Positions 50,859 through 63,624 of a stretch of DNA of 64,000 nucleotides are shown here, one piece after another (within the stretch, counting starts at the first letter, position 1; each line of letters starts with the position of its first letter). The notes beneath the pieces are model-generated. The model saw nothing but the letters and a program-made list of their open reading frames with translations. It did no database searches and had not been told where the DNA came from. The stretch comes from Eledone cirrhosa. Lineage: Eukaryota. The stretch spans positions 219,542,001-219,606,000 of the forward strand of contig OZ024740.1 of the NCBI GenBank assembly GCA_964016885.1, in the 5' to 3' direction. A program made the translations under genes and the position numbers.

Positions 50859-51120
50859 TGTGAAAGAGAGAGAGAGATGAGTATAATCCCGACCTTAGAT
50901 TTTACCTATCACCATACTCATGTTGCGCCTCCCCACGCGTTGTGTACTCTCATGATTTGGGGACTCTTCAATCTTAGCACTGCAAACTCTCTCTTTCTGA
51001 ACTTGCTGTTTCCTGATGAAGGACTTATGTACAATATGTCGAAAGCCTTATATTTTTGCAAACGGGAAACTTTGCATCTCTGAGTTTGTCTTGTTTATTA
51101 CTGAATTATATGTGTGTGTG

Positions 51121-51292
51121 TAGTAGTAGGAGTAGTAGTAGTAGTAGTAATAGTAGTAGTAGGAGTAGTAGTAGTAGTAGTAGTAATAGTTGTAGCATTA
51201 GTAATAGTAGTAGTAGTAGTAGTAGGGGTAGTAATAGTAGTAGTAGTAGTAGTAGTAATAGCAGCAGTAGTAGTAGTAGTAGTAATAGTAGC

Positions 51293-51335
<43 letters not shown>
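51121..51335. repeat. (TAG)n microsatellite
   Basis: Directly visible. Confidence 0.95.
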
Positions 51336-51336
<1 letters not shown>

Positions 51337-51749
51337 GTCAGGAATAAAGTTAAAATATAAAGTTAAGATCAGACAATCAAAAAGTGAAAAAAGAAGACAT
51401 GGTTGATAAAATATTTGCACAAAGATAAGATCAGTGTGTTCAATAGAAATATTTATAGAACCAGAATTGGTAACAGTTTGGTATCAGAGGGTTAATCTGT
51501 AAATTATTTTCATACAAACAGCTAAAAAATCTATTGTCCTATTTCTATGACCTGGCTACTGACACAGATGTGGGACTGTGTAAGAAGCCAAGCTGCAAAT
51601 GTGCAACAAAACCTTTTGTCACTTCATAATAGAGTTCAATTTAGAAATGACATTTGTACAACATTCAATGTACTATACATGCACCTTTGATGAGTTGTAG
51701 TGCACCTGAGCACTGTACACAATAATTTCATTATTATTATTATTAAATA

Positions 51750-51938
51750 GGGCGGTGGATTGGCAGTATCGGTAGAGGGTCGGACGCCATGCTTTCCAGC
51801 ATAGTTACGTCCCTTTACGATCTGAGTTCAAATCCCGCTGAGGTTGACTTTGCCTTTCCTCCTTACGGGGGTCGATAAAATAAAGTACCAGTAATGCACT
51901 GGGTAATTGCTGGCCTTGTGCCTAAAGTAGAAACAATT
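51750..51938 (+). mobile_element. Full-length Meta-core SINE in (ATT)n
   Basis: Complete head GGCGGTGGATTGGCAG and TSD (att)n-aaat; a second decayed copy follows at ~51955-52085. Confidence 0.92.
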
Positions 51939-52485
51939 ATTATTATTATTAAATTGGCAGTCATTAGAGCAGCAGAAATATTTTTTTTTGTGATATTTGT
52001 TCTGGTTCTCTGTATTTTGAGTTCAAATCCTTTTGAGGTTAACTTTGCTTTTGATTCTTTCGGGGGTCAATAAATAAAGTACCAGACCAGAAGTGGTGGA
52101 CTGGCAGAATTAACATATGTATTTTGGTTTTGGCCTTCTAGGTTCAAATACCATACCACCTTCTGTCACCAGTAAGCTGGTGATGCTTCTGCCTGGGCTT
52201 GTAACATACAGGTACTATCAACAATGGAGAGACCAACATAAACATAGCTTTCTAAGTCTGACCCGGAAAATTAGCTTCATTCATTCTCTTTGAACATAAC
52301 ACTTTTTGTGTATGTTTAAATGGGTAAAAGAACTCTTTCATCAGGGGATTGTTTCAGTTTCAATACATGGGCTCAGAAAGGAAAACACTTGCCAAACAGG
52401 TACAGCTCTGAAATATATATACACATCACAATATATACATATATACATAAATATAAATATATATATATGTATATATGTATATATA

Positions 52486-52526
<41 letters not shown>

Positions 52527-52573
52527 ATATATATATATATATGTGTGTGTATATATATATGAATATATATATG

Positions 52574-52625
<52 letters not shown>

Positions 52626-52699
52626 TATATATATAAAGTATATGTGTATATATATAAGTATATGTATATATATATATATATGTATATATATATGTATAT

Positions 52700-52758
<59 letters not shown>

Positions 52759-52785
52759 CATATACATATATATACATATATATAC

Positions 52786-52817
<32 letters not shown>

Positions 52818-53187
52818 ACATATATATACATATACATATATATATACATATACATATATATATACATATACTTATATATATACACATATACTTTATATAT
52901 ATATGAATATATATATATACATATATATATATACATATATATTCATATATATATATATGTACATATATATATACACACACACACATATATATATATATAT
53001 ACATATATAAAGATACATATATATTGTGATGATGATGATTATGTTAATATTAACAATCAAGAGATAAAGTACTCAGTATCGGAAGTAGAGAAATATAGTG
53101 TAAATAATTTAATTTGGTCAGCCGAAACCAAACAAGTCTCAGCCAGTTTGCGGGTTGCAGCTGACCGAATTAAGATATATATGTGTG

Positions 53188-53236
<49 letters not shown>

Positions 53237-53244
53237 TTATATAT

Positions 53245-53291
<47 letters not shown>

Positions 53292-53651
53292 TACACATAT
53301 ATACATATATACAAGAAGTCATTAAACAACATTTATGGTCATACTAGAAACTATATATATATATATATATACATATAGTACAGGTGATTCAGTGAATTAC
53401 TAATTGTGGTACCAATATGAGCACTCAATGCAGGGCCAGGGTGTATATAACATATGTAACAGGTCAATAATCAATAAAAACATGTAAACAAAACTTCATC
53501 TTTTTTTTAATTTATGCATGTATATATATAATACACAAATAGCATAGATGAAAAATTAGGGCATTTTATTTTTCCACCACATGTTTTAACAGAAACGAGC
53601 CCCAAAATAATGAAAATACTTGTTCAAACACCATTATTCATATATAGGTGT

Positions 53652-53832
53652 TTGGCAGTATCGGTAGAGGGTCGGACGCCATGCTTTGACGCAAAGAGTT
53701 ACGGCCCTTGCCGTTCTGAGTTCAAATCCCACCAAGGTTAACGTTGCCTTTCATCCTTACGGAGTCGATAAAATAAAGTACCAGTAATACACTGGGATAA
53801 TTGCTGGCCTTGTGCCAAAAGTAGAAACAATT
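53652..53832 (+). mobile_element. Meta-core SINE with 19-bp TSD
   Basis: attattcatatataggtgt at 53633-53651 and 53830-53848. Confidence 0.92.
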
Positions 53833-53962
53833 ATTCATATATAGGTGTATCTATAGGGTCTGCGGTGCTAAGACCAAAAAGACAACTAATCATGGAAGTA
53901 TTCAATGCATGTTGAGTGGCTATAGAGATAGGTGTATCTATATACTTCCGTTTGAATATTTA

Positions 53963-54396
53963 TTTAAACCGGCCATATCTAGCCAGAATTCACTTACCTC
54001 TTTCAGTTCAAACTGGCTGTAACTGGCTACTCATACTGATGTTAAGGTATTGTTCTTAAAATAAATAATATCAAAATTTCATAGATTCGATATTATGTGA
54101 AATATTATGTGAGGTAAAGCCTTTACCACAAAAATACAATAGTATATATAGAGTAATGTAAATACTAAAGAGTTAACCCTTTAGCATTTAAATCGGCCAT
54201 AACCGGCCAGAATTCTCTCACCTCTTTCTGTTCAAACAAGTTGTAACTGGCTACTCATACTGATGTTAAGGTATTACTCTCAAAATAAATAATATCAAAA
54301 TCTCATAGATTCAATATCATGTGAGATATTTATATGAGATAAAGCCTTTACAACAAAATACAATAGTACATATAGAGTAATGTAAATGCTAAAGGG
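53963..54396 (-). mobile_element. Tandem pair of piggyBac-like MITEs (family A) sharing one TTAA (54173-54176)
   Basis: The second copy (54177-54396) is complete; the first lacks its left TIR. Confidence 0.88.
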
Positions 54397-54431
54397 TTAA
54401 GGAAGTTTATATCAAATATATACAATGTAAT

Positions 54432-54959
54432 TGTTTAAAAATTAAACTCCATGTAAGTAAATTTAATGAACCATATAACTGTTGTGGTTCAGAGGACTTA
54501 TATATATATATATATAATACATTTTATTCTTCTGACACCTTTTTCTACAGAAATGTGCACATAATATAAAATATAAAAAAAATATGCTGAGAAACCTTGC
54601 ACAAGTTCCATTATACACATATAGATGTATCTATACATCACATTTGTTATAATATAAGGATGCCAATTCACTGATATTGCTTCTTAAAATATTTTGTGAC
54701 TTCTCTGATTACACAGAAATGAGCAGGACTAATTAATATATAATTACTTAAATTGTAATGTATAGATACATCTATATATGTATAATGGAACTTGTGCAAG
54801 GTTTTTCAGTATTTTTTTTTATATTTTATATTATGTACTCATTTCTTTAGAAACAAGTGTCAGAAGAATAAAATACATTATATATATATATAAGTCCTCT
54901 GAACCACAACAGTTATATGGCTCATTAAATTTACTGACATGGAGTTTAATTTTTAAACA
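54432..54959. repeat. Long inverted repeat (~200-bp arms) containing a long-stem-II hammerhead relic (54700-54866, +)
   Basis: 54432-54637 is the reverse complement of 54758-54959. The fold is cttct-CTGATTA-cacagaaatgag..ctcatttc-GAAAC-AAGT-GTC-agaag, then AATAAA. Confidence 0.85.
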
Positions 54960-55139
54960 CTTTTACAGATTCTGCCAGTGATGAAACCATTCATCTTATT
55001 TTGCTGATTGGAAAATTACATTAAAATTGAAACATTAGTGTCATAACTCTATATTTACTTGAATATTTACTCTTGTGATATAAGACACACACACTCACAT
55101 ACACACACACACTCACACACATATATACATACACAGACA

Positions 55140-55385
55140 CATGACGATTGCAGCGTCTTAACAGACAATTGCTGTCTCTTATTGATTCTTCGTTATCACA
55201 ACATCTGCATCCATGATTTCGTAGATGACTTTGTGGGCCAGCTGTAGATCTGCATGGTTTATGACACAGATGACAGAAGAGAGTTGTGCGTTCCACAGGA
55301 CCGGTGGTGTCACCCTGTGGGACACAATCTTTATGTACCACCATGTGTTTTTTTAGTCTGGAACAAGTTCTACACACTTTGTTGC
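55140..55385 (-). mobile_element. RTE-like LINE 3' end with C2H2 finger
   Basis: CHLCHKPCRSTAGPQSHLRNH is typical of RTE/BovB-type C-termini. Confidence 0.55.
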
Positions 55386-55801
55386 ATTACATCATACATA
55401 CATACATATGCATACACACACATGCATACATACATGGCTGCCCCCTTGTTATCGAGTATGGCCATTGCATGATATACCTTTATTAATAATTATTGATTAA
55501 TTCTATCATGCAATGCCTGTGCGTGAAGATTTTTTTTTATGTGAGGAAAGACTGAGCACTGAATCAATCATCAGTAACTACTGAGCCACAGGTTTTATGT
55601 TGGAGTTATCCCAGTTTCCTGAGTTGCCTTCTCCTAGAAGAATGTCCTTACAAAGGCTAGGGGTCCATTACTCCCAGTGGTTTAACTGCGCAATCGGGTA
55701 TCCAGCCCGACTATTTCTATGTCCCCACGCATATACATACACATGCATCTACATATATATATATACATACATACATGTGTGTGTGTGTGTGTGTGTGTAT
55801 A

Positions 55802-56400
55802 CGAGATCTGTTGAGAAAGTATCCAATCTTAAACTGAGAAGGAAAATTACACTCTTGTTACTAATCTCCATTTAAACAGGTCCTTTATACCATCAAACAC
55901 TTAGCCCAGTGATCCTTCAACTCTTTGATGTCCTCTAGTTTCTCAGAAAAGTCAGAAGGATCTAGTCTGCAGAGTAAGAAACCTGGCAAATAACTTCTCT
56001 TTGTCAAGAAACCTTGGATCAGCTACAGCAAATAAAGCAAGTTAATGTCATGATGCAGCTGCCAGTATTGTGAGGCCCACTGATCTTGTCTCTTACACTG
56101 AACTGCATCACAAAGTTCTTAAATGAATTACTGATAGTAATTCTTTGCAACCATTTGATCTTTTTGTGCATATTTGTGATGCATATTTTAGTCGTAAAAA
56201 AAAACGGTTTGCATGACCTAAATTTTTCTCTACACCTGATGTACTTCCTTTGGCCTTGGCAACATAGGATGTTTCAACTGTGATGACTGAGCTTTGCTTC
56301 TGGGTTGTGCCCATGCACCCACATCTCATCTTCAGTTATCATGGTATTCAGGAACTCAGGATCATTGTTGGCAGTATTGGGTGAAATGAAAATGCAATGA
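55802..56400 (-). mobile_element. Decayed mariner transposon
   Basis: TA|CGAGATCTGTTGAGAAAGTATCC TIR, plus minus-strand remnants ITEDEMWVHGHNPE (TGDETW), QLHHD and YSAD..PSDF (YSPDLAPxDF). Confidence 0.8.
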
Positions 56401-56983
56401 GTAAGTAGTACAACACCTCACATGCTCTCTGTTTGACAGTGACTGATGCATCCAGCAAGCTTGCCAAAAACCACGCATGCACATGAATATATATGGCTCC
56501 ACTCTGGACTGTGCACTACATAATTAATCCTGTTGCGTTTTGTATATGGTGTTTGCTCTAAACTTTGTTAATCATCAACTGGTCCTATGGATCATCTCAG
56601 AGCAGTTGGGTGCATCACAGTGAACAGAATTTGACCAATAATGAAATGGCTATCATCTGACAATCACCATCACCATCATTTTATGTCTATTTACCATGCT
56701 GGCATGAGTTGGTTGGGTTGTCATAGTTTGTGACTTGATGGGTCAGAAGACTACATCTTGCGCATATGTTCCATATTTTGGCAGATTTCTTCAGCTGAAT
56801 GCCATTACCAATACCAACCATTTTACAGAGTGCAAAGTTGACCATGCCAGAATTTGAACTAATTTGAAGAATGTAAATTAATCAGAACATATGTTGTTAA
56901 GCATACGTCTGACACTCTAACAACTCTGCCAATTCATTGCCCTTGATTGGTATCATAAAATGAAATGATGAATGATGATGATA

Positions 56984-57050
56984 GTACCCTAAGTATTGAG
57001 TACTCTGGTGCGTTATGGTCCATCTGGTTCCTTACCACAATTCTTTCGTT
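56984..57050 (+). mobile_element. Isolated tail of the 29619/36668 Penelope-like family, ending in (TA)n
   Basis: taccctaagtattgagtactctggtgcgttatggtccatctggttccttaccacaattc matches those tails. Confidence 0.75.
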
Positions 57051-57091
57051 ATATATATATATATATATATGTAAAAGGTATATATATATAT

Positions 57092-57337
57092 AGGTCGTGT
57101 AGGTGTCACGACAAAAAAACACACAGTCCACGCTGTAATGTGGCTGTGTAGGTAACACTGTAAAAACCTCCCAGCCCCACACTGTAAACGTGGTTGGTGT
57201 TAGGAAGGGCATCCAGCCGTAGAAAACCCGCCAGACAGTCCTATACGAGCAAGACAACCAATCTTGCCTCAAGTGGGAAAATTCCCGTCCAAACCCATGC
57301 AAGCGCGGAAGATGGACGTTAAACGATGATGATGATG

Positions 57338-57340
<3 letters not shown>
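57092..57340 (+). mobile_element. RTE 3' UTR fragment, tail-to-tail with another RTE tail (57340-57650, minus)
   Basis: Matches 30905-31150. Confidence 0.9.
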
Positions 57341-57372
<32 letters not shown>

Positions 57373-60134
57373 ATAATGTCCATTTTCCACGCAAGCATGG
57401 GTAGGATGGGACACTTTGGGCGAGATCAGGTTAGTGGACCATGTTTCACTCACACAGGGCTGATTTTGGCTTGGTTTCTACTGCTGGATGCCCTTCCTAA
57501 TGCCAACCACATTTACAGTGTGGACTGGGCACTTTTTGTTGTGAATCCTACACAACCATATTTACAGTGTGAACTGGGCCCTTTTGTCTTGACACATACA
57601 TGACCACTATACAGTGTGGGCTGGACACTTTTGATGTGGCTCCAGAGGGACCACTTCATGGTATGGGATGGGAACTTGGGAGGGTGGGGGAAGAAGCTTG
57701 GAGAAATTGTGGACTTAGGTAATAGGAGAGGGAAGGTTACAGCAAGGGAGTTGTATGAGAAAATAGATGACATATGTATAGTTATGTATAGTGGCTCTTG
57801 GCTTAAATATTTGAAATTATTTTGTCCTATTTTCTCTATTTCATTAAATGGAAACATCTTGAAATATGAGGATAACTCTTGTCAAATCCTTGAGAACCTT
57901 AATTTTCTAAAATAGTTCACTATTCCATTAACGTTTATGATCCTATTTATTATGTACATAATAAAGAGCTGGCTTGACAAGTCTCAATAATACAGCTTTA
58001 AAAGATGACATTATTCTATGAGCAAAGTGTCATAAATATTTTTGTGATAAATCACTTGAAAATTTTATAACTTAAAAATCATATTAAAAAAGAAGAGGAT
58101 TTAAAAAGAAAATCATTAATTATTTTTTCTTTTATTTCTAAAGAATGAATTTTCATAGGTGGGAGTGCATGTGTGTGTGTGCATGTACATGTGTGTGTAT
58201 GTGTGTGAGTGTGTGTGTCCATGTGAGATAATGTGTTTGTGTATGTATGCGTGTGCATGTGTTTGAGTTCTTGTGTGTGTGTGTGTGTATGTGTTTGTGT
58301 ATGTATTTGTCTAAATGTGTTTGCATGTACATGTGTGTATGCATGCACACACACACACACACACACAGATTGATTTATTCCTCCTGTAGGATATATTAAA
58401 AAATTGACTTTAATAAATTTTCTTTTCTATAAGGAAATTTAATTTATTTTCTTTTAGTAATCATAAGGGAGAAATATAAGCCTTAAGTAGTATTATATAT
58501 TTTATATATTTACTTCCCTTGCCACTAACTGACAAAAGATAAACATACATTGTGAAGCATCAGCTGCTGAACACTAAATCTATTTTTCTTCAAGAAACCC
58601 AAGAATTTTATAAATTTAACTATATGGCACATTAATTAAGAATAATTATTTTTAAAAAAACTTCCTCCTTGGAGTAATGTAATTTCTTAATTAGGCACCA
58701 ACCCAGTGGATTTATAAAGAAAAGAAAATGAACAGTTATAGAAATCTTGCCTTTCTAGCTCAGATCCAAAACCAAAACCAAGATATGATTTATAATGTCA
58801 TGGAATCTTAATGCTGCACCAACAGTCTTAAAAGCAAATATTTGAATAGAACTGTCATCTTATCGATTTTCATAGCTTAGTTTGAATTTTAATTGATCTT
58901 AACCTGGCCTCTAATTTCTTTGATACTATGTTGTTGATGATGAAGATGATGGTGTTGATGTTGATGATGTTGATATCCGTTTATGATAAATGATTAAAGA
59001 GGAAAGTAGTTGCTTTTGAATTAGACTACAACCTTGAAGATATCAACTCGCACTGCTGTTGTGTATCTTCAATGTCTTCTAAATGAAGGACAGTGACAAC
59101 AATCGACTATAATTGAAGTTCCTGGTTGAAATGTCGTTGTAATTTTGTGTCAAGCTAACTTCCGATTTAAATTGAATTGCTGTTTTAGGAACATTTCACT
59201 AGATCTAAATATAAACTTGTTTCATGTATCAGAACATATACAAAGATCGTTGTTGTTGCTTAGCTTGTGATCAGTCAGAGTTGTAATCAAAGGTGTTCCG
59301 ACTGTGACCATCCAGTCTTCTTTTTGTCAGATATAGTGTATCTAGTTTTACATTATTTTACAAAGACCAGCTGTAAAGTTCTTGGGCTGACCAAGCTTCT
59401 CTCAGGGAATGATCAAATTAGGTTTATTTTTCAATATAGTACTTGAAAAGAAACAATGCAATTATTAATAAGAAGAGTTGACATTAATAATGATGATGAT
59501 GATGATTAAGATTTCACAGCTCTAGTATCAATCCTTCATAGTCAGCTTATAATATTTTCAGCTGACCTTTGGCACAAACATGACTGAGTAGTTAAGAAGT
59601 CTGGTTCACAATTTTGAGGTTCTAGCTTTGACTCCCTTGTGTATCATTTCAAGCAAGTGTCGTTCACCATTGCTTTAGATTGACGTAAGTCTTACGAGGA
59701 AAATTTAGTAGACTGTACATATGCCTGTTGGATGGATTGTACCTGTAATTAAAAGGTCCAAGTTTGCTACACTGATTAAACTTGTAAATTCCATTAAGGG
59801 TACATGTGCCACTTACACATTAATTCACAAGTCAGATGCTCAGTTATTGAACAACTGAATGCTCATCATCAAAACCTACAAACGATTATCATCATCATCA
59901 TCATCATCATCATTATCACCATCATCATCATCATCATCATCATACTGTGTGTCTATTTTTAAGAAGGTTGGGAGATTTAGTTGCTATTTTTAGAACTATG
60001 TAGAAACTTACTTGTTAGCTTGTGGAGATATAGATATGATATAATTTAGCAAGATATAACTGAGAATATATAATAAGCAATTTGATATGTTGTTTAAAAA
60101 AAATACTTTGATATTTGAGTGATATGTTTTAGCA

Positions 60135-62530
60135 TTCATCATCATCATTTAATGTCTATCTTCCACGCTAGCATGGGTTTAGACGGGAATTGTCCCACGT
60201 GAGGCAAGATTGGTTATCTTACTCATATAGGACTGTCTGGCAGGTTTTCTACGGCTGGATGCCCTTCCTAACACCAACCACGTTTACAGTGTGGACTGGG
60301 ATTTTTTACTGTGTTACCTACACGGCCACATTACAGCATGGACTGTGTGTTTTTTTTGTCATGACACCTACACAACCTCATTTATTTAGGACTGGATGTT
60401 GTGGCACCAACATAATTTTACAGAGAAACCGGTGGTGTAGATTGGGGTAGGGTTAGGGGCAGTAGGATGGGGGGTGTATTTTTGGTTAGGAGGTGCCTAC
60501 TGACTGTAGGTTTCGCTTTGTACATAGGCAAGGCAGGTCTTCTGTATTACTGTGTAGCGCCAAAGATCTCGGTCCAGTGACATTGTCTTGGAGAGGTGTA
60601 AGTGTGTAAAGTCGGAATTTATCAAATCGTCCCAGGTTTTTCTGGGTCTGCCTACTCCTTAACTTCCATCAATTTTAATCGCCCTGCACTTTTTTTATAC
60701 AGCTGTCGTCTTTCATGCACATCACGTGACCATACCAACGTAGTCTTCTCTCGAGTAAACAGCATCTGATCCCTCTTATTCCTAATTTCTCACTTAGTTC
60801 ATTTATACTTTGCCATTCACGTATATTACTATTACACATCCAACGGAGCATGCAAGCTTTGTTCCTCTCCAGTTTGCACAGATCCTCTGCACATAATGTC
60901 CAGGTCTCACTGCCATGTAACATTGCTCTTCGTATGCAGGTATCATACAGTCTGCTTTCATTTTTAGGGAGAAACCTTTAGCAGCCAATAGTGGTATAAG
61001 CTCTCTGAACTTTTTCCCTCCCGTTCTGACTCAAGCTAATGTACTTTCAGAGCACCCTCCACCACTGCTGATTTTGTCACCCAGGTAACGGAAGGTGTCC
61101 ACTATTTCTATAGAACCATCTGGGCAATGGAAGGAGCTAGTATCCTGTGGGCACTTGCTACTACTTATTGCACCTGAGCAATAAGTAGTAGCAAGTGATC
61201 TTCATGACCTGGTCAATTAATTTAATACCTCTATAGTTTCCCTTATCTAGGGCATCTCCTTTACCCTTGTAGCAGTTAATGATGATGCTGCTATGCCAGT
61301 CATTTGGTATGACCCCATTCTGTATTACTTGGTTTACTATATGGAAGACAATAGTGTGTCCCACCGATCCAGATGCTTTCAGCATTTCAGCAACTATCTC
61401 CGAAGGCCCAGCTGCTTTGCCTGTCTTCATATCTTTGATTGCCTTACTTATACTACCTTCAACTTGCACTGCTGGTCCTTCTATTGGATCGATTTGGGGC
61501 AGACTATCTTTTTCCAACTTATTCTCCTCATTTAGTAGCCTCTCGTAGTGACACTTTCAAGCGACCTTCTTATCAGTATCAGTGATGGCAAGTATACCAT
61601 CATCATTACGGACACACTTCTCCCCGACAATATCACGGTTTTCCTTGACACATTGTCTAGCAATCCTGAACACCTCACGTTTTTGGTCCTCGCGTTGTAG
61701 AACATGCTTGAACTTTCTTTCCTCTGCTTCCCTTCTTGCAAGGTACACTTATCTCCTAGCTTCCCTCCTGCCCACTTCCCCCATCCTGCCATACTTTCCA
61801 AGCTTGCTTTTTGGCCTTGATTGACTCCTCCACCTTACTGTTCCACCACAATGTTACTCTCCTCCTGCCTATAGGTCTGCTCCAGCCACAGATTTCATCT
61901 GTCGCCTTCAGCAGGTTAACTTTCAGGAATTCCCACTGTTCTTCTATACTGTAGGTCTCTAATTGCTCTTCCTTACTGGCTGTGGGGTGCTTTAACTTCC
62001 ATATTCTTCTTCTCAGGGTGGTCCTCCTCTGTTGTTGAGTATCTCTCGTCCTGACTATGAGGTCACTAACTATGAGGTCACTAACTATGAGGCTATGTTG
62101 GGAGGTGTATTCTTCATTGGGGAGGGATTTAGTGTTTACAACCGACACTTTGTCACGTCTACTGGTAAGGATATAATCTATCTGACTGGTGTGTTCCCCT
62201 GATCTATGGGTGATCAAGTGATTGTCTTGTTTTTTGAAGTTTGTGTTGCAGATAGTTAGGTTATTTGCGTCACAGAATTCCAGAATTCTGAAGCCCTCCT
62301 CATTTCTGGTACCAAACCCGTAGCTTCCATGGATTCCGTCATAGCCGTCACAATGTTGTCCAACATGACCATTTAGGTCGCCAACAATAATTATGTAGTC
62401 ACTGCCAGTTAGCTGGGAGCTAGTGAGCATTAGCGACTCATAGAATCTGTCTTTTATAACTCCAAGCAGTCCAGATTGGGGTGCATAAGCGGATATTATT
62501 GTCACAGTAGTTCTATTTAGGACAAGTCTT
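60135..62530 (-). mobile_element. RTE-clade LINE with AP-endonuclease, deleted RT core and 3' end
   Basis: ISAYAPQ, GDLNGHVG, IDYIL and SQH (APE); KAAGPSEI..YKGKGD..NYRGIKL (RT start); then a jump to FRYLGD..WYGHV and the tail. Confidence 0.95.
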
Positions 62531-63089
62531 ATTCATGTTAAATATTCAGAATTTATAGGTGGTTGCGTTAGCATTGTTCATCTCTTAACATCCTGTAATG
62601 ATTTAAGAGAAAATGTCTAAAAACAAATTTGTTATTTTAAATATTTATAGTATCTTAAACTTATGAACAGATTGTTGTGAAAATTTGCAGTAAACTAAAG
62701 GCTTTAATTTTTAATATGCTTCTGTCATAATGCTATTTTGTACTTTTCAAAAATGTCTTGCAAATGTACGTGGTTTCATATAGTACAGGACATTAAGAGT
62801 TAGATTTATGCATACACACACATTTACACACATACATATATAGACATACACAAATGGTCACATATACATATATATACATGCACACATGGTCATACATATA
62901 TATATATACACACATGTAGACATGGTCACATGTACATATACACAAATAGTGTAAATTAACAAAATGACAGTTTGTTTTTTCATGCTGACATGGGTTGGCT
63001 AGATCAGAGTAAATTTTATCTTGTATCAACACTAGTGAGGCTTTCTGTGGCAAGACTAATGAGTCCTCTCTATGGGAAATATAGGAATA

Positions 63090-63624
63090 TATATATAGAG
63101 AGAATTAGTATATTTACCAACATATGCGTACATATGTACACTAATGCTAGCAAATACATAAGTTATGTCATAGTACCTAGGTGGTTCTATGCAGGGGATG
63201 CAGAACAATTATATGAAAGACGTAAAATAAGAAAATTTTAAAAATTAAAAATTAACTTACTTACTAAAATTTTCACTCCAACTAATTAGTTTCTGTAATG
63301 GGATAAATATAGTTACGCAATGTAACTATCGAGAATTCATTACGTCATCAGGGAGTCTATTCTCAGCTAAGTCCCCAGGCAATGCGCGGACACAAGGAAC
63401 TCATACAAAAATAATCCACCGAATTATTATTTTTGTATGAGTTCCTAGTGTCCGCGCATTGCCTGGGGACTGAGAATAGACTCCCTGATGACGTAATGAA
63501 TTCTCGATAGTTACATTGCGTAACTATATTTATCCCATTACAGAAACTAATTAGTTGGAGTGAAAATTTTAGTAAGTAAGTTAATTTTTAATTTTTAAAA
63601 TTTTCTTATTTTACGTCTTTCATA
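63090..63624 (-). mobile_element. Near-perfect palindrome (63212-63624) with one-sided tail; Penelope-like inverted ends
   Basis: ~200-bp arms, a 10-nt loop, a hammerhead in each arm, and TA-rich flanks. Confidence 0.85.
63480..63561 (+). ncRNA. Type I hammerhead ribozyme with branched stem II (mirror copy at 63275-63356, minus strand)
   Basis: actcc-CTGATGA-cgtaatg..atagttac/gtaactat..cattaca-GAAA-C-TAATTA-G-TT-ggagt. Confidence 0.82.

Noticed and set aside
51056-51420. Poly-Ser, poly-Leu and poly-Val ORFs
   Set aside because: They are reading frames of a (TAG)n microsatellite.
53110-53172. Small hairpin AATTTGGTCAGC..GCTGACCGAATT between TA tracts
   Set aside because: It is probably the inverted tip of a PLE-like tail, but too short to classify and it has no ribozyme core.
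48022-53378. Long ORFs of 180-244 aa rich in Y/I/M/C
   Set aside because: These are translations of (TA)n/(TATG)n microsatellites with no coding features. The same applies to ORFs at 269-613, 14256-14699, 23000-23359, 37045-37339, 42351-42642 and 58079-58366.
59365-59440. Mariner-like terminal sequence
   Set aside because: No matching second TIR or transposase remnant was found.
60442-60460. GGGGTAGGGTTAGGGG telomere-like or G-rich motif (also TAACCC at ~2938)
   Set aside because: Only 1-2 units, lying inside LINE sequence.
61756-62505. 249-aa ORF as a host endonuclease gene
   Set aside because: It is the AP-endonuclease of a frameshifted RTE LINE.
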